DNA from: Candidatus Omnitrophota bacterium
GTDB lineage: Bacteria; Omnitrophota; Gorgyraeia; Gygaellales; Profunditerraquicolaceae
Length of the DNA: 64,000 bases
Reading direction: 5' to 3'
Assembly: GCA_041651115.1 (NCBI GenBank)
Contig: JBAZJY010000002.1
Span: 478,855 to 542,854 of the forward strand
Part shown: positions 1-8,849 of the stretch, piece after piece
Layout of the letters: each line of letters starts with the position of its first letter
How positions within the stretch are numbered: position 1 is the first letter of the stretch
Position numbers and translations under genes: made by a program
The notes under the pieces: generated by a model
What the model was told of the DNA's origin: nothing
The model's input: the letters and a program-made list of their open reading frames with translations, nothing else
Databases searched by the model: none

Positions 1-612
1 AGAGAGATCGTAAAGGCGTCCCGCGAATGGGGGATAGAAGTAGTCACGTTTTTCGCGTTTTCTACTGAAAACTGGAGCAGGCCGCGGAAAGAAGTAGAGA
101 TCCTCATGCGCTTCCTCGGTACTTTTCTTGACCGGGAGATCAGGGGCCTGCATAAGAACAATATCAGGTTCAAGGTTATTGGCAGGGCTGATCCGTTGCC
201 GCCTTTTTTACTGAAAAAGATCAAACAGGCAGAAGAAAAGACCGCGGCTAATGAGGGATTGATCCTTATCTTGGCTTTAAATTACGGTTCCCGGCAGGAG
301 ATCGTGGATGCCGCAAAGAAACTGGCGGATTCTGTCAGCCGCGGCCGGTTAAAGCCCGGGGACATAAACGAAGATTTGTTCGGCAGATTCCTCTATACGG
401 CAGGGCTTCCGGACCCGGATTTATTGATTCGTACCAGTGGCGAGATGCGGCTTTCCAACTTTTTGCTTTGGCAGCTTTCGTACGCCGAATTATATTTTCC
501 CAAAAAATACTGGCCTGATTTCAAAAAAAGCGACTTTGAAAAAGCGATCAAGGCATATCAGGACAGGGAAAGGAGATTCGGAGGGATCGATGCTGATAAA
601 GAGGATAATTAG
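1..612 (+). CDS. uppS: undecaprenyl pyrophosphate synthase (5' partial, continues upstream of window)
   Basis: Frame-1 translation from base 1 gives REIVKASREWGIEVVTFFAFSTENWSRP...LIRTSGEMRLSNFLLWQLSYAELYF, the UPPS signature; there is no start codon inside the window. Confidence 0.9.
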   Translation, partial: REIVKASREWGIEVVTFFAFSTENWSRPRKEVEILMRFLGTFLDREIRGLHKNNIRFKVIGRADPLPPFLLKKIKQAEEKTAANEGLILILALNYGSRQEIVDAAKKLADSVSRGRLKPGDINEDLFGRFLYTAGLPDPDLLIRTSGEMRLSNFLLWQLSYAELYFPKKYWPDFKKSDFEKAIKAYQDRERRFGGIDADKEDN

Positions 613-1390
613 CTCTGTATTACTGATCGGGTTGATCGCCGCGGTGGTGATCAAGGATTGGGTATGCGGCCTGACAGTGGTCGTATTCATCGGCTTCGGG
701 CTCTATGAGTTTTTCACGATGCTGGAGAATAAAGGCATACGCATATATAAATATGTCGGCATCGGCGTCGGCCTTTTGATCCCGCTTTCCATTGCTTCCC
801 GGTTTGAGCTGACAAAAAACTGGGAATTGTTACTGATCGTGCTGGCGCTTTTATTCCTGCTGGTTATGCAATTCAGGCGCAGGGAAAATTCCGGGACGAT
901 CGTGGATATTTCTACGACCCTCTTTGGCATACTTTATGTTTCATGGTTTTTCAGCTTTATGATCAAGATCAGGTATCTTGAGGCAGGGCTTGGGCTTTTC
1001 TTAAGCGTGCTCTTGATCACCAAGCTCGGCGATATCGGCGCATATTTTATCGGCTCGCGATTAGGCAGGACCCCGCTGATCCCGCGCATCAGCCCTAATA
1101 AATCCGTGGAAGGCGCGATCGGCGGATTGTTATTCAGCGTGATCGGCGCGTTGATCAGCAAGCCGTTTTTAAACCTGTCTTATCCGCACCTTATTTTTAT
1201 CGGGTCGGCTTTAGGAGTCCTTGGCCAGCTGGGAGACCTCTCTGAATCACTGATAAAGCGGGATTGCCAGATAAAAGATTCAGGCCGCCTCTTTCCCGGT
1301 ATGGGGGGAGTGCTGGATATAATTGATAGCCTGCTTTTTACCGCTCCGGCATTTTATTTTTATATTAGCGCGGTGCTTAATAAAAATTAG
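590..1390 (+). CDS. cdsA: phosphatidate cytidylyltransferase
   Basis: Multi-TM protein with the SPNKSVEGAIGG motif of the CdsA family; start moved to the ATG at 590 (MLIKRIISS), overlapping the uppS end as expected in a uppS-cdsA operon. Confidence 0.85.
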   Translation: MLIKRIISSVLLIGLIAAVVIKDWVCGLTVVVFIGFGLYEFFTMLENKGIRIYKYVGIGVGLLIPLSIASRFELTKNWELLLIVLALLFLLVMQFRRRENSGTIVDISTTLFGILYVSWFFSFMIKIRYLEAGLGLFLSVLLITKLGDIGAYFIGSRLGRTPLIPRISPNKSVEGAIGGLLFSVIGALISKPFLNLSYPHLIFIGSALGVLGQLGDLSESLIKRDCQIKDSGRLFPGMGGVLDIIDSLLFTAPAFYFYISAVLNKN

Positions 1391-1392
1391 CT

Positions 1393-2535
1393 ATGAGGCG
1401 TATCGCCATACTCGGTTCTACCGGCTCGATCGGAATAAGTACGCTTGATGTAGTAAGGAAAAACCCTTCGGCATTTAAGGCCGTAGCTTTAAGCACCAAT
1501 TCCAATACGGTTGTTTTAGGCAGGCAGATCAGGGAGTTTCGGCCTTTAGCCGCCTGTATCAGCGGTAACGGACAGGTAAAAGCATTTAAGGCTGCGACAA
1601 AGATTTTTTCCGGCAGCGACGGCCTGCTGCGCATAGCCGCAGACCGCAGGGTTGACCGGGTAGTGCTGGCAATAAGCGGGGCAGCAGCCTTACCGCCCCT
1701 GTTGGCGGCGATTGAGCATGGTAAAGACGTTGCCCTGGCCAATAAAGAATCCTTGGCCATGGCCGGCACCATAGTCATGCGTAAAGCCGCGCAAAATAAA
1801 GTAAAGATCCTGCCGATAGACAGTGAGCAATCGGCGATCTGGCAGTGCCTGCAAGGCCAGCAAAAGAAAAGCGTAAAGAATATTTATCTGACTGCTTCCG
1901 GCGGCCCGTTCCGCAGTCTGCAGGAAAAATATTTTAAAGATATTACTCCCAAACAGGCCTTGGCCCATCCGCGCTGGAAAATGGGCAAAAAGATCACGGT
2001 TGATTCCGCGACCTTGATGAACAAGGGCCTGGAGCTCTTTGAGGCAATGTATTTGTTCGGGATAGCTCCGGAAAAGATAAAAGTGGTTGTGCATCCCGAA
2101 TCAATCGTGCATTCTATGGTTGAGTTTGTTGACGGGTCAGTGATCGCCCAGTTGTCGGTTACGGATATGCGCATACCTATACAGTACGCGCTTTCCTACC
2201 CTGAGCGGCTGGCGGCCGCAGGCAATCAGCTTGATCTGTGTAAGCTAAAACAGTTGAATTTTGAAAAGCCGGATTTCGGAAAATTTCCCTGTTTGAAGCT
2301 GGCTTACCGGGCTGCTTATAACGGCGGCACAGCGCCCTGCGCGTTGAACGCGGCAAACGAAGTAAGCGTGGCGGAATTTTTGCAGGGCAGGATAAAATTC
2401 ACCTCCATACCGCTGGTCATTGAAAAGGTACTGGATAAGTTAAACAATATTAGAAGCCCGCGGTTGGATGAAGTACTTGACGCAGACGCATGGGCGCGCA
2501 GGCAAGCATCGGAGGTTATTAGAAAATCATGTTAA
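1393..2535 (+). CDS. dxr: 1-deoxy-D-xylulose 5-phosphate reductoisomerase
   Basis: N-terminal ILGSTGSIGISTLDVV NADPH-binding motif; full-length Dxr architecture; MEP pathway context. Confidence 0.92.
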   Translation: MRRIAILGSTGSIGISTLDVVRKNPSAFKAVALSTNSNTVVLGRQIREFRPLAACISGNGQVKAFKAATKIFSGSDGLLRIAADRRVDRVVLAISGAAALPPLLAAIEHGKDVALANKESLAMAGTIVMRKAAQNKVKILPIDSEQSAIWQCLQGQQKKSVKNIYLTASGGPFRSLQEKYFKDITPKQALAHPRWKMGKKITVDSATLMNKGLELFEAMYLFGIAPEKIKVVVHPESIVHSMVEFVDGSVIAQLSVTDMRIPIQYALSYPERLAAAGNQLDLCKLKQLNFEKPDFGKFPCLKLAYRAAYNGGTAPCALNAANEVSVAEFLQGRIKFTSIPLVIEKVLDKLNNIRSPRLDEVLDADAWARRQASEVIRKSC

Positions 2536-3611
2536 GTTTGATCATTTTTCTGGGGATTCTCGGCGTATTGATCATTGTCCATGAATTCGGGCATTTTATC
2601 GTTGCCAAGAAAACAGGCGTGAGGGTGGAGAAATTCTCTTTGGGCTTTGGCCCTGCGATTTTAAAGAAAAAAGCCGGTGATACCGAATATGCCGTTAATC
2701 TTATTCCCCTTGGCGGCTATGTAAAACTGGCAGGCGACAATCTGGAGGAATATAAAGGTAAGCCCGACGATTACCTCAGCAAAAAGCCCGGCAGGCGCGC
2801 GGCAATCATATTTTTCGGATCGTTCCTGAATTATATTTTGGGCATATTGTTTTTCTGGATCGTTTTTTTTGTCGGTTATCCCAACCTGACTACTAAGGTC
2901 GGGTCGCTGGTCGATAATATGGGCGCAAAAGAAGCGGGGATCCTGACCGGCGATAAGATCATTGCCATAGACGGGGAAAAAGTGGCGCTTTGGGAAGAGA
3001 TGCAAAAAGTCATCCATCCTAAAAAAGACGGAAGCGTGGTAAGAATTTCCCTGCTGCGGGCAGATAAAGAGTTATCCCTGGATGCCAGGATAAGCGCCAA
3101 GGAATTCAACGATATACTCGGAAAAAAGCGCAGCATAGGGCTTCTGGGCATTGCGCCCGGCGATGAGATCGTTACGGTAAGGCACGGCATCATTGAGGGG
3201 TTCTTCCTAAGCGTAAAGAAAACGTGGGAAATAACCACGTTAACGTATAACGGCCTGTGGAGAATGGTCACGGGCAAGCTTTCCATGCGCGAAACAATGA
3301 CCGGCCCTATCGGCATATTCATCATTACCTCCAAGGTCAAGGGCCTGGGTTTTATCGCCCTGATGCAATTAATGGCGCTTTTAAGCATCAGCCTTGCGAT
3401 ATTCAATATGCTGCCTTTCCCGGCGCTGGACGGCGGGCATATCGCGCTTCTGGCAATTGAGAAGATCCGGGGAAAATACTTGAGCCAGAAAGCAGAACAG
3501 GTGCTTAACCGGATCGGCTATACCCTGATCATATGTTTGGCGCTGGTTGTTACTTATAATGACGTGATTAAATTCTTTGGGGACAGGATCTACAAATTTT
3601 TTAATAGATGA
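2529..3611 (+). CDS. rseP: RIP zinc metalloprotease (site-2 protease)
   Basis: HEFGHF HExxH motif in the first TM helix, PDZ-like middle region, LDGG motif near the C-terminus. Confidence 0.9.
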   Translation: MLSLIIFLGILGVLIIVHEFGHFIVAKKTGVRVEKFSLGFGPAILKKKAGDTEYAVNLIPLGGYVKLAGDNLEEYKGKPDDYLSKKPGRRAAIIFFGSFLNYILGILFFWIVFFVGYPNLTTKVGSLVDNMGAKEAGILTGDKIIAIDGEKVALWEEMQKVIHPKKDGSVVRISLLRADKELSLDARISAKEFNDILGKKRSIGLLGIAPGDEIVTVRHGIIEGFFLSVKKTWEITTLTYNGLWRMVTGKLSMRETMTGPIGIFIITSKVKGLGFIALMQLMALLSISLAIFNMLPFPALDGGHIALLAIEKIRGKYLSQKAEQVLNRIGYTLIICLALVVTYNDVIKFFGDRIYKFFNR

Positions 3612-4672
3612 AGATCAAAAGACGCGAAACCCGGATCATAAAGATCGGCAATGTGCGCATCGGCGCAGGCTATCCGGTTGCCATCCAATCAATGGCAAAG
3701 GCCAAGACTTCCGATATCCAAAGCGTGCTAAAGCAGCTGCATGAGCTTAAAGCAGCAGGCTGCGAGATCTGCCGTTTGGCAGTAAAGGATAAGGAAGATG
3801 CCTTGGCAATAAAGGCGATAAAGCGCCAGGCAAAACTGCCGTTGGTAGCCGACATTCATTTTGATTGGCAACTGGCTTTAATTGCCATTAACAGCGGCGT
3901 GGATAAGATACGTCTTAACCCGGGGAATATCTACAAAAGAGCACAGGTTGAGGCGATTGCCGCTGCGGCAAAAGCCCATCACATTCCGATAAGAGTGGGA
4001 TTAAACTCCGGTTCTTTGCCTGGCACCAAACACCTAGCACCTAACACCAGAATAGCGGATAGAATGGTAAGGGCCTGCCTTGATTATATTAAGATTCTGG
4101 AGAAGCAGAGGTTTCACGATATCGTTATCTCTCTTAAGGCCTCAAATATTTTTGACACGGTTGAAGCTTACCGTAAAATGAGCAGGGCATGCGATTATCC
4201 TTTTCATCTGGGAGTTACGGCAACCGGCCTGCCTGCCGGCGGAGCAATAAAATCAAGCATCGCCATCGGCAGCCTTTTGCTTGACGGGATCGGCGATACA
4301 ATAAGAGTTTCGCTTACCGATGTGCCGCAGGAAGAAGTCAGGGTGGCAAAGTCAATACTTGAAGCATTGTCATTGCGTAGATTCGGCCCGGAGATTATCA
4401 GCTGTCCGACCTGCGGCCGCTGCGAAGTGGACCTGATCAAGGTGGTAAAAGATTTAGAGCGTAAGCTGCCGGCCATAAGCCATGAATTATTAAATCGTCC
4501 GCTAAAGGTAGCTGTGATGGGCTGCGTGGTTAACGGCCCGGGAGAGGCAAAAGAAGCGGATATCGGTATTGCTTTCGGGAAAAAAGACGGCTTATTATTT
4601 AAAAAAGGCAAACCAATAAAAAAGATCCGTTTTAATGATTGCGTCAGCGTATTGTTAAAAGAAATGAGGTAG
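3608..4672 (+). CDS. ispG: 4-hydroxy-3-methylbut-2-enyl diphosphate synthase (GcpE)
   Basis: GcpE-like sequence with a C-terminal CPTCGRC Fe-S motif; conserved position after dxr-rseP. Confidence 0.92.
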   Translation: MKIKRRETRIIKIGNVRIGAGYPVAIQSMAKAKTSDIQSVLKQLHELKAAGCEICRLAVKDKEDALAIKAIKRQAKLPLVADIHFDWQLALIAINSGVDKIRLNPGNIYKRAQVEAIAAAAKAHHIPIRVGLNSGSLPGTKHLAPNTRIADRMVRACLDYIKILEKQRFHDIVISLKASNIFDTVEAYRKMSRACDYPFHLGVTATGLPAGGAIKSSIAIGSLLLDGIGDTIRVSLTDVPQEEVRVAKSILEALSLRRFGPEIISCPTCGRCEVDLIKVVKDLERKLPAISHELLNRPLKVAVMGCVVNGPGEAKEADIGIAFGKKDGLLFKKGKPIKKIRFNDCVSVLLKEMR

Positions 4673-4675
4673 GCG

Positions 4676-5926
4676 ATGGTAGTCAAAGAGCTGAAAGATA
4701 AAATAAGGAAGGCGCTTTTTTCCGCTTCAAGCAACCTGTTTTCCCGGGAAGAGTTCAGGGAAGAGGATTTAAAAGAGGCGATCCGCCGAGCGACAAGCGA
4801 AGTGATTTCCCTCGAGGCAGCGGTTGTCTCAGAACCGGATAAGGCCCGGGTTGCCAGTGAATTATTCGATGAGCTTACCGGCTTTGGCCCGCTTGAAGGC
4901 CTGATCAAAGACCCTGAAGTCACCGAGATCATGATCAACGGCCCGAAAAAGATCTATGTGGAAAAGGCGGGTAAATCCCGCTTAAGCGGCTTAACCTTTG
5001 ACGATGAGAGCAGGTTGATGTTCTTTATCTACAAGATATTGTCTCCCACGCGCAGGCATGTGGATGAATATATCCCTTATACCGATGTTTCGATGGAAGA
5101 CGGTTCGCGGGTAAATATTATTATTTCGCCGCTTGCCCTGGACGGCCCGGTAGTAACGATCAGAAAGTTCCTTAAAAATATCGCTTCTGCCGATGACCTT
5201 ATCAGCCTTGGTACTATAGACAGGCGCATGGCGGATTTTCTGGTCGCTTGCGTCAAGGCGCGGGTAAATATAATTTTTACCGGAGCTACGGGAAGCGGAA
5301 AGACCACTACGCTTAACGCGTTATCGTCTTATATCGCCGATGGCGAGCGTATTGTTACCATTGAGGACACTGCGGAATTGAGGCTTAGCCAGGAACATGT
5401 TGTGCGGCTTGAATCGCGGCAGCCTAATATAGAAGGTAAGGGCGAGGTAGGCTTAAGGGAACTTTTCCGTAACAGCCTGCGTATGCGGCCCAAAAGAATC
5501 ATCCTCGGAGAGATCCGCGGCGCAGAAGCCCTGGATATGCTGCAGGCAATATGTTCCGGCCACGCCGGATCACTGGCAATCCTGCATGCCAATTCGCCGC
5601 AGGACGCGATATACCGGCTTGAGACAATGATCTTGACTTCCGGTGTGCCCCTGACGCTTGAGGCGATAAATCGCCAGATCGCAGCTGCGGTAAACCTTAT
5701 TGTGCAGCATGAACAAATGCCTGACGGCTCGCGTAAGATAACTTATATCACTCAAGTGAATGGCTTGAAGAACGGGCAGGTAGCGCTGGAAGATATTTTT
5801 CTTTATGAATCGGCAGAAGGCGCGGGAAACGGTTCGTGGAAGGCTACCGGAGTTGTGCCGGTATTTTATCCGTTATTCAAAAAAGCAGGACTAAATTTAT
5901 CCGCGGATCTATTCAGGAAGGACTAA
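4676..5926 (+). CDS. CpaF/TadA-like type II/IV secretion ATPase (orphan)
   Basis: Walker A GATGSGKTTTLNAL and a Walker B/Asp box (RIILGEIRG), giving the VirB11/CpaF fold; no tadB/tadC or pilin genes adjacent. Confidence 0.8.
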   Translation: MVVKELKDKIRKALFSASSNLFSREEFREEDLKEAIRRATSEVISLEAAVVSEPDKARVASELFDELTGFGPLEGLIKDPEVTEIMINGPKKIYVEKAGKSRLSGLTFDDESRLMFFIYKILSPTRRHVDEYIPYTDVSMEDGSRVNIIISPLALDGPVVTIRKFLKNIASADDLISLGTIDRRMADFLVACVKARVNIIFTGATGSGKTTTLNALSSYIADGERIVTIEDTAELRLSQEHVVRLESRQPNIEGKGEVGLRELFRNSLRMRPKRIILGEIRGAEALDMLQAICSGHAGSLAILHANSPQDAIYRLETMILTSGVPLTLEAINRQIAAAVNLIVQHEQMPDGSRKITYITQVNGLKNGQVALEDIFLYESAEGAGNGSWKATGVVPVFYPLFKKAGLNLSADLFRKD

Positions 5927-5933
5927 TAACGAT

Positions 5934-7121
5934 ATGCTTTGGACTAAGACGTTTATCCCGACCTTAAAAGAGGCGCCGCAGGAAGCCGAATCAACAGCGC
6001 ATCAACTGATGCTGCGCGCAGGGCTTATCCGCATGCTTTTGGCAGGCGCTTATTCATATCTGCCCCTGGGGCTTAAAGTATTAAGTAATATTGAAAATAT
6101 CATCCGGCAGGAAATGGATGCCGCCGGTGCCGCGGAATTGCTTTTGCCGGCTCTGCAGCCTTTGGATCTCTGGGTTAAGTCAGGCCGCGATAAAGATATC
6201 GGGGAAGTAATGATCAGGTTTACTGACCGCAGGGGAAGGAATATCTGCCTTGGCCCCACGCACGAGGAAGTGATCACTGAACTGGTTAAAAGCCAAGTTT
6301 CTTCATATAAGCAGTTGCCGGTAGTCCTTTATCAGATACAGACGAAGTTCCGCGACGAAATACGGCCGCGTTTCGGCGTAGTCCGGGCATGCGAGTTCAT
6401 TATGAAAGACGCGTATAGTTTTGATAAAGATGAAGAAGGGTTGGATAAAAATTACCGCGCGATGTATGACGCATACCAGAGGATATTTAAACGGTGCGGC
6501 TTGAGCATCTTGATCCAGGAAGCGGATTCCGGAGTGATGGGCGGCAAGGTTTCGCATGAATTCATGGTCCCTGCCGAGAGTGGGGAAGATACGGTGCTGC
6601 AGGACGGCAAAAAAATAAATGTCATTGAGATCGGCCATATTTTTAAGCTGGGCACAAAATACAGCGCTGCGTTAGGCGCCAATTTCCTTGATAGTAACGG
6701 CAAGCTTAATCCGGTCATCATGGGCTGCTACGGCATAGGCGTATCCCGGTTGATCGCTGCGATAATCGAACAGAACCATGATCCCGACGGGATCATTTGG
6801 CCAACAGAAGTAAGCCCATATAAAGCAGCTATTTTGCCGCTTGATACAGAAGACAGCCAGACCATGCACAGCGCCATGGAAATATATAAGCAGCTTGCAG
6901 ATAGCGGAATAGGGGCCCTTTTAGATGACCGCCAGGAGCGGCCGGGCGTGAAATTCAAAGATGCCGACCTTATTGGCATACCGGTAATCATTGTCTTGGG
7001 TAAAAAGACGCTCAAAGAGCAAAAGATAGAGGTTAAGGACCGCAGGAGCAAAGAAGTTTTTCTTGTGGATAAAGCCAGGTTTCTGGAGAAGGTAAGGGGA
7101 TTGTTGGGGCGGGGGAATTAA
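5934..7121 (+). CDS. proS: prolyl-tRNA synthetase, minimal bacterial type lacking the INS editing domain
   Basis: Class II motifs present (FRDEIRPRFGVVRACEFIMKDAYSF and GCYGIGVSRL); only 395 aa with no editing insertion between motifs 2 and 3. Confidence 0.85.
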   Translation: MLWTKTFIPTLKEAPQEAESTAHQLMLRAGLIRMLLAGAYSYLPLGLKVLSNIENIIRQEMDAAGAAELLLPALQPLDLWVKSGRDKDIGEVMIRFTDRRGRNICLGPTHEEVITELVKSQVSSYKQLPVVLYQIQTKFRDEIRPRFGVVRACEFIMKDAYSFDKDEEGLDKNYRAMYDAYQRIFKRCGLSILIQEADSGVMGGKVSHEFMVPAESGEDTVLQDGKKINVIEIGHIFKLGTKYSAALGANFLDSNGKLNPVIMGCYGIGVSRLIAAIIEQNHDPDGIIWPTEVSPYKAAILPLDTEDSQTMHSAMEIYKQLADSGIGALLDDRQERPGVKFKDADLIGIPVIIVLGKKTLKEQKIEVKDRRSKEVFLVDKARFLEKVRGLLGRGN

Positions 7122-7122
7122 A

Positions 7123-7581
7123 ATGGACAATACCGCGATCATTGAAGAGCTGAAAGCCATGATCCAGCCGCTGCTTACAGAAAGCGGCTTTGAGTTGGTA
7201 GAACTGAATTTTTCAAGGTCAAGGTTTTCTTCTACGCTGTCGGTTTTCGCAGACAGGATCGGCGGCGGGATAACTATTGATGACTGCGCCATGCTTAACC
7301 GCAAGATCGGCGATTTGCTGGAAGCGCAGGATATAATTCAGGAAAAGTACCTGCTTGAGGTGTCCAGCCCCGGTATCGACCGGCTGCTTACGACAAAAAA
7401 CGATTTTTCCCGCTGTATCGGCAAAAACGTAAAGTTCTTTCTAAGGGAGGCAATAAATGGTAAAATAGAGGTTGACGGAAAGGTTTTAAAGGTAGATGAC
7501 GTGATAGTCACCATTGAGGAGAAAAAGGGGAATTTGGATATACCCTTATTTAATATAAACAAGGCAAGGCAGATAGTATAA
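7123..7581 (+). CDS. rimP: ribosome maturation factor RimP
   Basis: RimP family N-terminus; conserved rimP-nusA-infB order. Confidence 0.85.
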   Translation: MDNTAIIEELKAMIQPLLTESGFELVELNFSRSRFSSTLSVFADRIGGGITIDDCAMLNRKIGDLLEAQDIIQEKYLLEVSSPGIDRLLTTKNDFSRCIGKNVKFFLREAINGKIEVDGKVLKVDDVIVTIEEKKGNLDIPLFNINKARQIV

Positions 7582-7594
7582 TTAGTGAGGAAAA

Positions 7595-8839
7595 ATGAGC
7601 CAGGAATTATTAGCAATATTAGATCAAATAGAGAGAGAAAAAGGGATTAAGAAGGAAATATTGATTGAGGCTGTAGAGGCCGCGCTTTTGATCGCCGTGC
7701 GCAAGGTGCTTGACGCTAGCCTGGAGGAAGAACTTAAGGTAGAGCTTGACCGCGGCACGGGAAAGATCCGGGCGTTCCGGGGGAAAGAAGAGATCAACTC
7801 GATCAATTTCGGCAGGATCGCCGCTTCTACTGCGCGGCAGGTAATCATCCAGAAGATCCGCGAAGCGGAGAAAGACGTCGTATTCGGCGAATTTCAGGCC
7901 AAGCTGGGCGAGATTGTTTCCGGCGTGGTTTACCGCTTTGATAAAGGCAATATTGTGGTTGATCTTTTGGGAAAGGCCGAGGGGGTTATTCTTAAGCATG
8001 AGCAGTCTCCGAAAGAGGAGTTTAAGCAGGGCCAGCGTATCCGCGCCCTGGTCCTGGAAGTCAGAAAGGACAGTAAAGGCGCGCAGATTGTTTTATCGCG
8101 CTCTCATCCGAATTTCGTGAGGAAACTTTTTGAATTGGAAGTGCCGGAGATCTACGAAGGCATCGTGGAGGTAAAATCTATCGCGCGCCAGGCAGGGGAA
8201 CGCACAAAGATCTCCGTATACTCAAAGAACGATAAAGTTGACTCCGTGGGCGCCTGCGTGGGTATGAGAGGTAATCGCGTGCGCAATATCGTAAACGAGA
8301 TCCACGGGGAGAAGATAGACATTGTCCGTTATAACGAGGATATAAAAGAATATATTAAAGCTGCTCTTTCTCCGGCAAAGATCAATGAGATAAGAGTGGA
8401 TAAGGAGCATCTTAAGGCCGAAGCGATTGTTGATGACGACCAGCTTTCGTTGGCGATCGGAAAGCACGGCCAGAATGTAAGACTGGCTTCCCGCCTGATC
8501 GGTTGGGAATTGGATATTCGTAGTAAAGCAGCGCTTGTTGCTCAGGCTGAAGCTAATACTAAGCTTGCAGCTGAAACAGAGGCGGCAGCCGAAGCAGAAG
8601 CAGGTAAGAAGCCGGAGGAAGCTAAGAAAACGAAGAAAGCAAAGAAGGAGAAAAAAGGAGTTCCTCTTGAAGACCTGCCCGGCGTGGGGGAAAAGACCCT
8701 AGTCTGCCTCAAGGATGCGGGGTTTGAAACCGTGCAGGATATTGCCAAATCCAGTATTGAAAAACTTACTGAAGTAAAAGGCATCGGAGAGAAAAAAGCA
8801 GAGAAATTAATCGAAGAAGCAAAGAAATTGAAAAATTAG
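7595..8839 (+). CDS. nusA: transcription termination/antitermination factor NusA
   Basis: S1 and KH domains, a lysine-rich linker and a C-terminal HhH region (LPGVGEKT). Confidence 0.92.
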   Translation: MSQELLAILDQIEREKGIKKEILIEAVEAALLIAVRKVLDASLEEELKVELDRGTGKIRAFRGKEEINSINFGRIAASTARQVIIQKIREAEKDVVFGEFQAKLGEIVSGVVYRFDKGNIVVDLLGKAEGVILKHEQSPKEEFKQGQRIRALVLEVRKDSKGAQIVLSRSHPNFVRKLFELEVPEIYEGIVEVKSIARQAGERTKISVYSKNDKVDSVGACVGMRGNRVRNIVNEIHGEKIDIVRYNEDIKEYIKAALSPAKINEIRVDKEHLKAEAIVDDDQLSLAIGKHGQNVRLASRLIGWELDIRSKAALVAQAEANTKLAAETEAAAEAEAGKKPEEAKKTKKAKKEKKGVPLEDLPGVGEKTLVCLKDAGFETVQDIAKSSIEKLTEVKGIGEKKAEKLIEEAKKLKN

Positions 8840-8849
8840 AAAGAGTCAT

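Noticed and set aside
1377-2174. Minus-strand ORFs of 96-134 aa inside dxr (1377-1778, 1690-2094, 1884-2174)
   Set aside because: They are fully antisense to a high-confidence Dxr coding region, with no RBS and no homology; they are shadow ORFs.
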